Source: Amphiscolops sp. MND2022
Lineage: Eukaryota
DNA: 64,000 bases
Assembly: GCA_964187785.1 (NCBI GenBank)
Contig: OZ076420.1
Coordinates: 20,274,001 to 20,338,000 of the forward strand
Direction of reading: 5' to 3'
Numbering within the stretch: position 1 is the first letter of the stretch; every line of letters begins with the position of its first letter. Made by a program: the position numbers and the translations under genes. Positions 35,724 to 49,755 of this stretch are shown piece after piece. The notes beneath the pieces are model-generated. The model did no database searches. It saw only the letters and a list, made by a program, of their open reading frames with translations, and had not been told where the DNA came from.

Positions 35724-37026
35724 AAAAACACCTCTTCAAAACGTTCTCCTACATTTTCCATGCTTTCTCCGCTTCCAACTCAGCCTTTCACATTCACTAC
35801 CCACATCATCTTCATTTCTATTTTCAAAATCGATTTCGCTAATTGTTCTACTTTCTTGAAACCTCTCCCTTTCACTACCGATGACAACTGACAACTGCAG
35901 GATCTCCAGGAAAATCTAGTCTTGCAGATTCTTAGACGACTTTATCCTTAGCTGTTCAACTCCACTTAGACTACTTTTTTAATTCGTGAGCATCTCGACT
36001 TCTACCACTATAATATAGACACTCATTCTCTTACTGAAACTTCAGATGAACCTGCCGTGCCAACATCCTCCAATCGTCTTAATCTGATAATTAAATTGAT
36101 AGGAGAAAACATATACCTTCTAACATACATTGCTTTTCGTTCGGAAGGCTCGAAAAACTTCGTTGCATTGATGATAACTTCCAACATTGGCGTCAAACCG
36201 ATAGTTTACATATTGACCTAATTCAAAACCAGTTTTTCCGGAACCTCACGCTAATCACAAGCTCCAAAGATCAAGCTCAAGTGTATTCGCTCTTTAGCAT
36301 ATTTTTTTTACACATAGCTATCATTTAATTTCGAACACGAGCTACCAAAAATGCTTTGCAGAAAATCCCCTCTCACAATTTCAACATGATGTACTACTCC
36401 TTTTTAGAACAAGCACTGACAGCAAAAATCCAGCTTTTTATACTCTTCTCGATTTTCCCGTTAATCAATTTATAAACCTCAAATAGAATAGTATAAGTAG
36501 CGATAAAGTCTTGAATTTCCTTCTTTCATCAGCCTTTTTTCAATATACACTCCTCAAATTTCTCTTAGTGGAATGAATCCGTTATCACTCTTTAAATTCT
36601 TCCATTCACTTCTAATTGTCCAAAGCTCTACATAGCGATCCTAATCCTAATTTGGATATCTCCTTCAGCTCCAATGACAACCCAACCTTCCACTTCTCAT
36701 TCACCTGACTTGTATATTACTCTTTCTACTTCCTCTTCTCCTAATTCCAATTCCTACAACTAAATCTTCAAATAATAACCTTATTAACCTTAAACATCTT
36801 TCTCTTCCCTGAAGTCATTTTTTTTCAAACTCACTTCACGTTATACAGAACTCTCTTCCAATCCCAACACAACTAAATTTCTCCTCTACTACCACCTTCC
36901 ACCCGCTCCCTCACTCGTCTTCTTATCATCTATCTCTTTCACATTCACCTCCCATCAAAACATTTCGTCAAATTTCCTATACTCAAAAGCTTCTCTCCAA
37001 CCTACCTTCCTAAACGGTTCAAAATT

Positions 37027-40000
37027 GTGCTCCCAACCTTCATCACCAAATCACATCCTACTTTTACTACATACCCTTTATATCAAAACCCTCAACAACT
37101 ATGTCCACAAATATTACAAATGACACCTTCCGTAACATTTGTTTCCCTCTCCGATCATATTAAACTTTTTAACGGCCTGGGTCGTACATATGCTCCTGAA
37201 AACTTCCTGGCTCATCTAAGCGCTTGAGTAACATTTCAACTTGGACCTTGACTTTTAGATACTCAATATTATCTACAATGGCACTCTAGAGGTAACCCAC
37301 AAATATAACGTTCCCTCACTGGTACTGTCTAAAATGGGTTGATTGTTCACCACAAGTATTGACGATTGATTGGTCTTGTTTTCCGCCAATTTTCAAAAAT
37401 GATTTCTAATCTCAAAAATCTGCATGACATGCCTAGTTTGAAACTTTCTTCTTTTCTCTTTTAAAAGAGGGAAACGAAAACGTCCACATTGAGGCAATAG
37501 AAGTTAAAACTCTTTGGTAAACAGGGATGGGATGAAGAAAATCCGTCCACCATTTATCTCAATTGTAATGAAATTTTGACAAAGGGTCTTCCTTAAAAAC
37601 TGAAAGTTTCTGCAGACAAACACCAAGTTGAACATTATTCACGTTCGTTTGAACACTTCTTTGAATTTCACTCGCTTGGTAATATGGTAGACGCTGAAGA
37701 TATCACACTAAAGAAAATAAGAACACAAGAACTTTCCTTTGAAATTGACATTTTGATACATTACGAACAAACACCTCCAAAACTGATAACTCATCAAATT
37801 CTTCTGATCTACGGGTTGTAAATCTAAATAATTGATCTGAATCCCAAGTATAAAAACGTGTACCTTCTGCCATAACAATGTTCATTCCAAATCCGCCTGT
37901 TATCTTCGCCTCAACACGCCAGCAAACCTCAATCTAAACACCAAACCTTCCTTCTTATATCATTTTAAACCAATAAAAAACTTCTTCTAAAACATCTTCC
38001 ATTCATTGTCCTTCTCGCTACCTTGAGATTCAGTACTCTTTTCCGTCTTTATCAAATTCACTCTCAAAATTCCGTCATCAGTACTATGACAAACATAAAT
38101 AAAATGACAAATCGCATTATGACAAATCTTAATAAGATCATTGCTCTTTTCACTCTGATCTTGACATGATCAATAATACTGAAGATCTTTTTCCAAACAA
38201 AAACTGCTGTTTCGGACTTTAAAAACCACCCTGTCGACCCCTTTCAAAGCACGCTAAGATCGATTCAGAAATGTTTTATCCTAACTCAAAACAAATTCTA
38301 CCTATAGATCTAGCAATACCTCAACTCAACACACTCATTCAACTCCAAATAATCACTCTCCGTTTGAAACCAAATTTGATATGAACAGTTTTCACTCCAC
38401 TTGTTCCCCATGTCTTCCCAATACAAAACTGAAGATCACACACACTCTCAAGCAGATGCTTTTACTCCCTCTACATGTTTTTTAAACCTATTAGATTTAG
38501 AACCTCCTGACGAGAAATCTTCATCTTCAAAACTAGATCTCTTCTTCGTGCTAGCTAGTGGTGCTTCAATCTCAATGTTGAACATACCCACCTTCACAAT
38601 ATTAGCAGATCATTTGTTAGTATCACAGTATTAACACATCATCGAATGTTCAGAAACACAATCTACATTTGATTATAAACTTTAATTGTTGGCACCTAAG
38701 CTGAAGTGGCAGGTATTGAAGATAACATTCTATTCTTGGAATTCCTTCCTTTGAAAAATGGGTTAAGAGATTAGATGTTGAAAGCACGTCTGTAAGTTTT
38801 AACAAACCTCGTGAGTCAAGTAGTACCAATCTTCGATTCACCGCTCATAACGGAAAGGACTATGTTTTCTTCTCTCACATGGATATAATCAAAGTTGCTG
38901 AAATTTTTACTTCAAACCAAAGTCATCAACGGTTCTTCATTTTCCTTTTTAACCTACGTCTCTATTAACATTTCCCACATCTGAAAACGGAGTTTTCAAA
39001 GGACATTCAATCAACTCCACGTCCAATTTTTGGAACAAGTTTGAACTCCAATTTTAAGTTCGTTCGAGTTTATCAAAACTCCAAGTCTGAACTTGATAGC
39101 TTTCCAGTTACTCGTCAAACGATAACTCATCTATTTGCAAATCTATCACCAAGTTATATCGGATAAATTGACGTTTTTGCTTCAACCATTGAACCCACAA
39201 ACTACCAAGTTAACGATAAAAACTTTGTAGTTCACTCATTCCCTCTTTAATATTTTCCCAATCATTCTGAACCTAAGCCTCCTATTCGTCGTTTTTTACC
39301 AATACAAAACGAAAAATGCAACATACTCAAAAACTAAAAAAACGTTTCTTTCTTTTCCTTATTTACTTGAAAGACAAAACTTTGTCAACAACTTCAAAAT
39401 TCCAGTTTTCTGACCTTTACAAGAAATATACTTACAACTTTATTTGAAACTTAATAAGTGTCAGAAGAGCTAAGCCACCTATCGAACTAATGTTGGCGAA
39501 ATAGTTACTCTTTTTAGCATACCCCTCAAACCTTCTGCTAAATTTTAAACTCAAAGACACACAAAAGCTCCTATACAATAAGAAGAAAAATATATTTAAA
39601 AAATCTATGAGGAGCTTGAACACCATATAATTTTCGAAAAACTAGCTCCACTCCTTCAGACAAACCTGTATTTGGCAGATTCTGTAGAAATCACACAACA
39701 GACAATTAGAACACGAGCATCAAAATAACACTCTTCCCGCTACATTACAAACAAACGCATCTAATACTGATAACTCATCCAAATCACCTCATCTAGGGGT
39801 TGTAGATCCAAAAATTCGATCGAAGCACCAATTTGAAAAATAATGTACATACTGTCATAAAAACAAAGACTTGATATCCACTTGCTGTTTTCGCCTCAAC
39901 ACGCTTGTAGATAGCCACCAATTCCTTCTTTCTATCCACACTTTAAATTTTCTCAACAAAATGCTTCCAAGTTTCATCCTTCTTGCTACGATGACAAAAA

Positions 40001-43000
40001 CTACAGTTATCCTTTACGACTTTTGTTCTCGAAAATTTAGATATTCCTCACGTTCAACTCCAGGCTCAAACTTAAGTATTATGCGAACCATACTATGACA
40101 GATGTTAAGCAGAGCATCGCTCCTTTCACTTTGATAAAAACAGATCAGGCCATGGTCAATATTCTATAAGATCTCCAACGCACAAACACCATAACAATCT
40201 TTCACCGTATGGAGACAAACCCTTTTCAAGTTCTCGTGAACGGTACAAAAACTCCCCTTTTGGGTAATAAGTATCACCCCATCGAACCGCTTCAAAACCA
40301 CGCCTTGATCAACGTAGAAGCCAAATTTATTCAAACTAAATTCAAATCCTATCTGTAAACCTACCATTAACTCAACTACCAATATAAGTTCTCAAGATCA
40401 CACATACTCTCAAACATTTGCGATTGCTCCCTCTAAAAGGTTTGTAGACCTACATGTTGTTCATATTCTCCTGAAGACAAATCTACATTTTTGAAACTAG
40501 AACTCTTGTTCCTGCTAGTTAGTGGTGCTTCATTCTCAAGCTTGAACATACCAGCCTTTACAATATTATTACCATATTGTTTAAACAAATGTTCAAATAA
40601 ATCTTAAATATAGCTGATTTAAAAACTTCAGTTGTTGCCAACCTCGCTAAGCTCATTTTTAAAACCAACCTCACATTACACACCTCCATTAACGGAACGA
40701 CCGGAGTTTTAGTTTTCCCTTTTGCAGTAGCAAATGTCATAGATAACTTTCTTGCAGTTCCTTTCTCTCAAAAGTTATGGTAAAACATGAGATATTGAAA
40801 GAATTTCTAACAATTTGAACAAACCGCATGAACTTACTAATACCACGCGAACTTTAGTTATCCATCTTGTAGCAGCAAGTATTGAAGACAACATTCTTGG
40901 GACTGTTTTCTTTAGAAAATTTGTTCGATCCTTTGTTGTTGTTGAAAGCATGTCTGTAGCTTTTGACAAACCCCATGAATAATATATCAACTGTCTTTCA
41001 ATCAATGCTCTTAACAAAAAAGACTACGTTTTCTCCGCTTACATGCATACAATCAATATTTCAAAACTAATTTTTTTCAAACCAAACGCATCTCAGATTA
41101 TTTAATTTCCTATTCAATCTAACTTTCATTAACATTTCACACAATTGAAAAGAATAAAATATTTCTATCGAATCCACACCCATGTTTCAATACACGTTTG
41201 AACTCCACTTTTGAGTAACATCATATTTATTAAGACTCCAAGCCTGAACCTAATAGCTGTTCAGTTACTCTTCAAAACACAACTCATCATTCTGCACACT
41301 ATCACCGGGTTACATCGACTACATGGAAGTAGCTACTACAAATAATAAACAATCACAAAACCAAGTAAACGATGTTAACTATTTATTTCACTCATACTTT
41401 CAATTATACCTTTCAAACCTTTCTGAACCTAAACCTCCTATTCGTAGTGTTTTACCAGTATTGTAACAAAAAATGTACAACCGTCTCAATCAATTAACAA
41501 AAACGTTCTTCAACTTCATTATTCACACCTGAAAGACAAAAATTGCTCAGCAAGATCAAAGTCCAATTTTCTGACCTTTCCAACAATGAATACTTTCAAC
41601 TTCGTTCCATACTTTCTTGATATCGATACAGCTGAGCTACCCATTGAAAATGTAATGGTAAAAAGCTTAAATTTTTTGAAACCGTTGAAAAACTAATACT
41701 AAAATCCAAACTCAAATACCCACAAAAAATCAATTTTGAGAAAAATTAAAGAAACTCCTCCACGAACTTGAACAACATAATTTTCGACAAAATGGCTAGA
41801 CGTTCAGAGTCTTACATTGATCGAGCATTTAAATCATAGTTGATAGAATCTTTGGACTCTCAATTAGCTAAAGATAACAAAAAATTAAGCCCACTAATGC
41901 TTTTTTGTATGCATGTGCACACGCACCTGTCGATGAAGTAACTACTACTTTGACAAGCTTTTCATCAGGCGTTCACTAGAGGTACTCAGGCAAAAAAATG
42001 TGTCCCTTTTTTCAAGTGGCAGATGTACTCCGTTTTTCGAAACGTATCGACTAAGATTTTGTCCTACTCTATATTAATGGTCTACTCCTTTCCTCTCACA
42101 CTAAACCTCATATGCTCGAACTTATTGAACAACTACATCAAAACGATAGCCATCACAATCTTAAAAGAGCTCCCGAAAATTCCTTTTATATACCACTCAC
42201 CGTTGAAAGTCTTGGGTACAAAAATGGTAATAACACTATTAAACCTATTTCTTCCATAGTAAAGGATGTTCAAAAATTAGAAACTCCCACGTCAATAACT
42301 GAAATACTGCGATTCATTAGTTATTTCAATGTTTACACAATATTTATTCACAAACTCCAGTCCTCGTTCAAACTTTTTCACACCCTCCTCCATGAATACA
42401 TTTGAATGGACTCTTGAATTAGACAAACTATTTAATGAAATTGAAACCTCTGTATCAAAGAATGCACAACTTGCTATTCCTTATACTTCTCATTGCTTCT
42501 ACATACTAGTGGACGCCTCTTCGATTTGCTCAGGTGAAGTTTTTTCAAACTACACCTACTAACTAAAAGCAAGTGGTCTTTCGCAACCACCGTATCTTGA
42601 TCACGCAAGAACAACAATTCTCAACATATGAAAGAGATGTCTGTTCTATTACAATTGTTCTCACTAAAAATGAGTTTATGACTTTTGATTCGCAGTTTTC
42701 AACCACTCTTTTTACCGACCTCAATCCACAAAACTTCTCAACAGAAAAGAAAACCGTGCACCTGGACAATATAAGGCTCAGATCTTTAAAAGGAAGTTTT
42801 TCTTATTTTAGAATAGTACATACCGCTGTACCAATCTAGCTGTTGTTGATATGCTTAGCTGCAATTTTTCCCCCATTACCAAAAAAACTTGCCAAAAACA
42901 ACATAAAACACTACCACCACATACTGAATGGACGCAACTACAAGGTGATAACTCTCCAAAACTCTTTGAAAATCTGATTATGTTGCAACAAATGGTTATT

Positions 43001-44500
43001 CAGTATAACATGAAGAAATATTACCCACCCGAAAAACTAGCCTTACCCAATAGTTTTCTATTACTGTAATTACCAATTGACTTTCCGAATTCAATAAAAA
43101 GGCCATACAAATAAATACCTTCATTTATATCCCTTCTCATTCCAATATGTTCCATCCATTCAAACAAATTTGAAAAAACTCTGCTTGAAACAAAGTTAAA
43201 ACACTCGTCCATGACATTTTCTTCTGAATGAATTGGGCATCTATTAAAATGAGGAGGTTGTTTCAAAAACGATTGCTGATCAAATTCAAAACTGTTCGAA
43301 AACTGTTTTCCTTGATAATTCTGTATTCCAAAAAGTTTCACATTGACATTTGTATAATCCTAATCTTTCCCATAAACAAGGGAAAAATTTTACTATTTTC
43401 AAACCAAATTCTCTATCTTTACAAACAACGTATTCATCAGCCGACTCTAATTTTTCAATCTTCGACTCCAATGCCCTTACTCAGACATCTATTGAACCCA
43501 CATATATGCAACCCTTACCATTTTTCGACAATCTTTTTCCACTAAGAAAAAAGCTTTGGAAAACTTTTCCTACCTCATGGTACATTCGTACTATTATCCA
43601 AGCTCTTCCAAGCCCAAAACGATAACCCTGTTCTTTCTATTAGATTTACGTTATCGAAAAAGGAACAAAAACTTGTTTCTCCAACTCCCAATATTAAAGC
43701 TAACTCTTTTATGAACACACATCAAAACCTAATCAATTTCAACACCTTACTTCTCACCTTATACACTATTACACTCCAAAGTCTCATATAATCGAAAAAC
43801 CCGTCACAAGATTGCTACTTATGGTATTCTGTGCTCTTTATGATAAAACCCATTCTCATGGCCATTCAGTCGAAACACCTTTTAGTTAAAATTTCAATCA
43901 TTTTCAGTGTTCCCCCAATGACCATTCTGGTTCTCTTCTTTCATCCATGTCTGTCGGAAATGTCAAACCAACAAACAACTTCCCCTTGAGCCTTCAACTA
44001 TTTTTTCTCCTTACCATTTCATGAAATTGCTACTGATTTTGATTATCGAACCTCAAAAGACACTAAAGGAACTATTTCACAATTTTCTCGAAAAAACGGG
44101 CCTTTTTATAGTCATCAACGCTTTCAGTCTTTTTGTTGATGCAAACTCCCGAGAATGCAACCCAAACTCTTCTCCACCATTAGATCACCAATTTTAGTCC
44201 CCTCAAAATTCAGTCACAGATCGAGGCACTCAATTTAGCTATCAAGATATAACTTACCTCTACTCTCCTTTCAAAAGTAACAACAGACCTATACTCTCCA
44301 TGGACACATGGTTGGGTTGAAAATCATAATCGTAATCTTGCAACACATTTATGTTTATCCTTACAAATTGCTCCTACAACTGGTAATTTCAGGACTCAAA
44401 CAAATGTAAACCCTCACAAGACTGCTCTTCTTTCTCACAATAAACTCTCACCGAATAATTTTTCATACACATCCATGCATACCATTAGTTTTTTCTCTGA
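37027..44500 (+). mobile_element. Heavily decayed Ty3/Gypsy gag-pol relic (PR-RT-RH-IN order)
   Basis: Motif remnants: gag-like KLFNGLGRTYAPENFLAHL (~37160); protease-like VLASGASISMLN (~38545, second copy ~40510); RNase H ILVDASSICSG (~42501) and FSTYERDVCSI (~42615); integrase VTDRGTQF (44213-44236) and SPWTHGWVE (~44295). Many stops and frameshifts. Confidence 0.7.
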
Positions 44501-46296
44501 ATCTTTATCGAAATTCCAACTTAAGTTTCAACCTATTGTGACACACTTCCACCTCATACACTCTTTTGTGACCAAGATCGTAATCCTTTTTTAATATTCT
44601 CTCATAGACAAACGATTTTTCATTCCTCATATCTGCAGAATAAGCAATGTTAGAACAATATTCCACCTTTCGTTAACCTAATCAGATTTTCAAAACATAC
44701 GTACCCTTAAAAACCTCATCCAACTTCACACTAATGATAAACAGACACATACAACTTCAACTTTCCATATCAACTATTTGTTCAAAAAGCTTACGCTTAT
44801 AGAAAGAACCTCCTTCATTTGCCGAACTTTCGTAACTTTTATTGTATCCTCTTGCACAAACATCTCTCACCACTTTGTAAATAGTTTGTACAAACACCCC
44901 AATTTCACATCTTTCTCTATCCGAATTTTCAATCTTCTCTTGGTAAAAAAAACAGCTTTTTCTTCACGAAAAACCCAAAGCATGAACTGTCAACGACAGT
45001 TTGTCCCATTAGAACATTGAACTACCTATTCTAAATTAATAATTACTTCTTTTTTGTTTCCATTAACTCTTTGCAAGTCGAACATTTTCTACCAAAATCT
45101 CAACGAAAACTTCTAGAAGTAAATAACTTCTGTAAATTTTTTTGTTGATATAAATAATTGTTTCTGGCCTCTTCTACTCCACCACACTCCTAAAATCAAA
45201 ATGAAACATCATAGATAGCTCCAATCTGATTGTGATATCACTTTGTTTCTGTCTGATATCATTTTGTCTGACATCTCCTCTTTCAACATTTCTTCGACTT
45301 TTCACGGTTCTGAAAACAATCTTCATGTCTTCCTCAACCGAATATCCTGATGCTCACATGGCATACCCACTGTTGCTGAAAATCCTGATTGCTCTCAACC
45401 CATCACTACAGATGTGGCATCTTTGATGTCTCCGTCGGCGGCAATGACGCCAGTTTCCACTTTGGTGCAACATTCTCCCGATTGAACTTTTTTCTGATTA
45501 TGTCCCCATTTCTTCTACTTCGACACCTTCTTTTTCCACGACATCACTCGTCTTCAATCCTGTGACCCATATGACCCATAGTCCAACTATTCATCTCCCA
45601 ACCCAAGATGCCACAAACTCACGGGTTCACCAACACCACGGTGTACGATAATTGACTGATTGACTCCCATCTCCAAACCTGCAAGCCTCGTCACCCGAAG
45701 AGATACCAGCTGCCCCCTAAGGAAGCTGGGTCTATTATCAAACGCATCGCAGTACTCTGCAAAGAGAAGTTACATAAGCGCAAAAAACTATGAAAACTAT
45801 TTAGATTCTTTTCAAATCAAATCTATTTCAAATCAAATTTCTGACCTCACCACTATGTCTGATTTTTTGAATGAAATTGCTGACGTGTACATGTATTGTT
45901 TCACCCTTTGTTCGGTGCTAACCAAATATAATAATAGTCTCCCTCATAAATTTGTTTAAATGTTAACATTCCTCAACCTCATCAGCAAAATGTGTCAACA
46001 AGATACCCCCAACGGCATAATCATAATTCTCACTCTTCTAATCACTACAATTGCTTCCACTCTTTTTGTGCAACTTCTAATTTTGCTCCACCCCTCTTCG
46101 CCAGCTATACAGCCTAGTCATGTAAATAGTAAGCATAATCATTCCCAAAAGAAATCAAAATCATGTCCCTTCTACTAAATATACTGATACACTTAACTCT
46201 CACCGATCTTTTTCCAAGATGTAGATTACCTTTGTTTACACTGTTGTACTCTTGTGCACTAATTCCAATGTTCATACAAATTCTGAAATGAAAAAG

Positions 46297-46640
46297 TTTT
46301 TCTTTTAAACTCGGTCGGATGATATAATCACCTTCCCTAAACTAAAGACGTAATCATTTCATTTTATTTTTTTCAGCCATTTCACCAAATTATAAATGTC
46401 TAGACTATATGTACGTGACTTGAACTTTTAATGTAAATTATTTATCTATACCCAATTCACCTTTATAATCACAATCTGATTTGTACTCTGTTAGCCTCCC
46501 TCTTAAAGTACTTCATCATCTCAGTTCCATTTCTTCTAAAATCATTTCTATCTGAAATAACAAAATATATAAATTTCATATATTTTGTTATTTCAGATAG
46601 AAATGATTATATATTTATATTATAAAACCACAAGTTCTTT
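46297..46640 (+). repeat. Diverged direct repeat, partner of 33590-33960
   Basis: Same shared blocks as the partner. Also contains a perfect 31-bp inverted duplication at 46540-46608. Confidence 0.55.
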
Positions 46641-46765
46641 AGCATTTTCCACAATTTCGAGGAATTTGCTAGTTTAATTTTCTTCGATTTTTTCTGCTGA
46701 GAAAAAGATGTTATCTCTCAATCTCTTCACTCTTGCAGTGAAATTGTTTCTAGAAAATGACTCAC

Positions 46766-47065
46766 TTGTGCAAAAAGAAGCCGTCTTCGAACCTATAGGG
46801 GCCAAATTGCCAGATGGTCCGGCCGCTACAGCTTGAAAGTCCATTTCATAAAACGTCCCTGGGATGAGTGGACCAACTAGATAGTAATGATTGGTAGCTT
46901 CCTCTGAGACATCGCCAACTGGACCAATGAAAGGAGATGTATTTCCCGAGGTTGTAAATTGTGCGTCACCCAAGACCCTTACAGAATCGTCGAAATTGTC
47001 GGGTGTGACGGAGATCTGGGCATACTGAGTACTCGTTATTGCGGCAACTGTTGCACCGAAGCAGA
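46766..47065 (-). CDS. FN3-protein exon: complete FN3-like domain (...HYYLVGPLIPGTFYEMDFQAVAAGPSG...SFCT)
   Basis: Within ORF 46674..47123. Donor A|GTGAGT (phase 1) at 46766/46765 is compatible with the 33149 acceptor. The 5' boundary is uncertain (acceptor at 47066 or ~47109). Confidence 0.65.
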
Positions 47066-47280
47066 CTAAAACCAAATGAGCAGAATCTTTGGTCGATCGA
47101 CTGCATTGCTGAATTATCCTCATCAGTTTAGTTTTTACACTGACTTTTCAGCTCACTTTCATAAAGAGTTGATTTTCAAGTGAAAATTGATTGATTAATT
47201 AATTTTATAACCAAATAAATCATAAACCCTGATAAGTTTTTGCACTTCGGCCCTATATAAGGTGGTCTCTGAATACTCAC

Positions 47281-47343
47281 TAAACTGGCAATCTGAACTC
47301 TATGGAGTGCAATTATTGTCGAGATCGCGGCCAAACAATACAT
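47281..47343 (-). CDS. Candidate first, signal-peptide exon of the FN3 gene: MYCLAAISTIIALHRVQIASL
   Basis: ATG at 47343, hydrophobic N-terminus and donor |GTGAGT at 47280. Joins in phase 0 to an ATTCAG| acceptor in ORF 46674..47123. Confidence 0.4.
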
Positions 47344-48569
47344 GTATGCTATATATAATCTCACATGACTTGGGTGAATGAAATCATACTTTGTTCATCC
47401 TGTATTGCTTTGGCTTCTTTGTTATTTTTGTGAGTGTTCGTTCTTTCCGTTTTATTCCATACGAAAAAAAAATAGCCTTTCGGACGCATTTTTTCTAAAT
47501 TCTGCTATGTTTTTTATTGTACTCAAAGAATGTTCTCTGTTCAAAATGAAACGAGCCGAAATATTTATTTTTGATCATTTTGACCAAGTTTGTCGAATTG
47601 CTGATAGTTTTCTTTGATCAGACAGCCTCTTAATGTCATGTTTACATTTTGCTCACAAATTTCGACAAGAGTTTAGAAATTGTATTTTTGATAGAAAAGA
47701 AAACAATTTTTGCACTCTTTATGATGGGTTGTCTTAAGTCATTGGAAAGGTGGAAATATGAGCTGTCGTTCTAACCTCTTGGGACCAAACCCATGATAAT
47801 CAGCAGCAACGAGAAGAATTTCATCATCGCCATTTTGTTGATTGAATTGGTCTGTTCGAATTGGAAAGTTCCTGAAATACCTTCCAGAGCTGTTCAACGG
47901 TGAAAGTTACAAATACAAAGTTTTTGAAATAAACCTTTTCCTTACTGGAAGCAAAGATGGTGAAAAAATTGTTTTGGTTTTGAAAATTTCATCAATTACT
48001 GCGCTCCCGAAACATTACTCAAATACAATTATTTCCAGAATTTTTCGTTTGAAAATGTTTCTTTTTTGAACAGTGCTGGTTTAAATCGAGCAACAAACTG
48101 CAAATCAAGTCAATAAAACTGGATTGAAAATGTCGAATGTTCGAAGGTGCTGTAAGAACCGAATCAAAAAGTAAGAATGCCAGTTTGTAAAGTAACGAAA
48201 CTGTTTCAACTTTTATCTGGATTGTGATTCGCTGCTTTTTGTTTCTATTTATATTTTTTGAATTTATTTTTTTCGATTACCTTGATATTTTTGAATGAAC
48301 TTTTGCAGAGTTTGCTTTGATAATTCTTTCATGAACATTTAAAATTTTTCTATTGCGTTAACGTTGCACGAAGTAAACCAAACGTTCTGTTAATCCTGTT
48401 TGCTGTCATTTTTGGTAGAGCAAAAGTATTCGAAAAACGATCGGTATTACTAACAGTTACTCTTCTGGAAACTTTGCCCAATGATCAAAGTAATCTCAAA
48501 CGAAACTGCGCCAGGATCAATTTGCTCCGTTTTCCTCTTTTCAGGCATGTCTCAACAATAGCAAAAGGT

Positions 48570-48958
48570 ACTCCTGACTAAATGTGGTCCCAAGCGATTT
48601 CTCCTTACTGAGTGTAGTCCCTATAATATAAGTGTGGTCCCTGCATATTTTGTCGGAATAATTATTTTAACGTAGTCAGCTATGTCCACATACCCCTAGT
48701 TCCCTAAATGCAGGAGCGAAGCGAAGCGGAGCGACGTGCTATATGGTCATGCCTCAATGTTGCAACTTGGCGAAGGGAGCGAAGCGAGCGAGCCATACAA
48801 CAAATATGCTAACCTCTTCAAATCAAGTTCCATGCATATTGGCTGTAACAGCGCTAAAAGATAGTAAATTGAATTTTGCTGTTTTGAACTAACTACATGT
48901 AATGTTTGCTTTACGTTGGCTCTTCTAAATTTGCTAGGGACCACACTTAGTCAGGAGT
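48570..48958. mobile_element. MITE with ~22-26-bp TIR (ACTCCTGACTAARTGTGGTCCC) and a GAGCGAAGCG-rich core
   Basis: TIRs at 48570-48591 and 48937-48958 with one mismatch. Subterminal GTRGTCCC repeats. Confidence 0.7.
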
Positions 48959-49649
48959 TTTCAGGCCGGCTGCATAAATCTAGCAAAAATTCTCATGATG
49001 TTCCTTTTAAACACATAACGTTGTCCAACCAATTTTAAGTAAAGCTTGCATGGTTGTGAACAAGAGACATCCAGGTTTAATGCATAATTTTCAGAGCGAA
49101 GCAAGGTCGCTTCGAAGGATTATACACTTCATCGGAAATTGTGAGTAACATCATCCAACACCCAACATAAAAGAACGCAGGAAGTATGAATTATGAACAA
49201 GACGCCCGCTAAACACCGGGATGATTTCCACCTTGTCAAAAAAATCAGTCGGTGGCGAGATTCGCGCCCACAACCTACTGATTGATAAGCAGATGAACTA
49301 CCAACTGAGCTATGGTTCTCATCGTCTTTATGAAACCTGCAAAACTTCGCGGCCCAGAATTGCCGCCAAATTTAGGATCCATCTTATAGGCAGCTTGATA
49401 AATTCAAAGTGCATCAGTGAAGTTTTAATGCATGGAGGTTTCCTTGAGAATTTTATAAAATCATGAAAAATTAGCTTGGTAACCTACAAATATTTGTAAA
49501 AAGTTCAAGCAGTTCCAACCAGGGTAAATCCTCAAAACTTTGCCTCATCATGTTTTTCCTTCTTCTTCAAACACAAAAACAACTCGAGATTCAACCACTC
49601 CCCAAACATAATCTGCTTCACAAATTCCTTCACCTGCTCCACGGAAAAT

Positions 49650-49755
49650 TTTGCTCAGAAACTTCCCAATCTCCCTCGTCTTCATGATGGAATTACTGCT
49701 ACTCACATCGACCCTTCATTATTCGCACATACATATTCAAAACTCGCCAAATTCT
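49650..49755 (+). repeat. Diverged direct repeat of 54838-54940 within a G-poor decayed retroelement-like tract interrupted by the LINE
   Basis: CTTCCCAATCTCC-TCGTCTTCATGATG...ACATCGACCC-TTC-TTATTCGCACATA-ATATTC-AAACTC-CCAAA is present at both sites. Confidence 0.6.
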
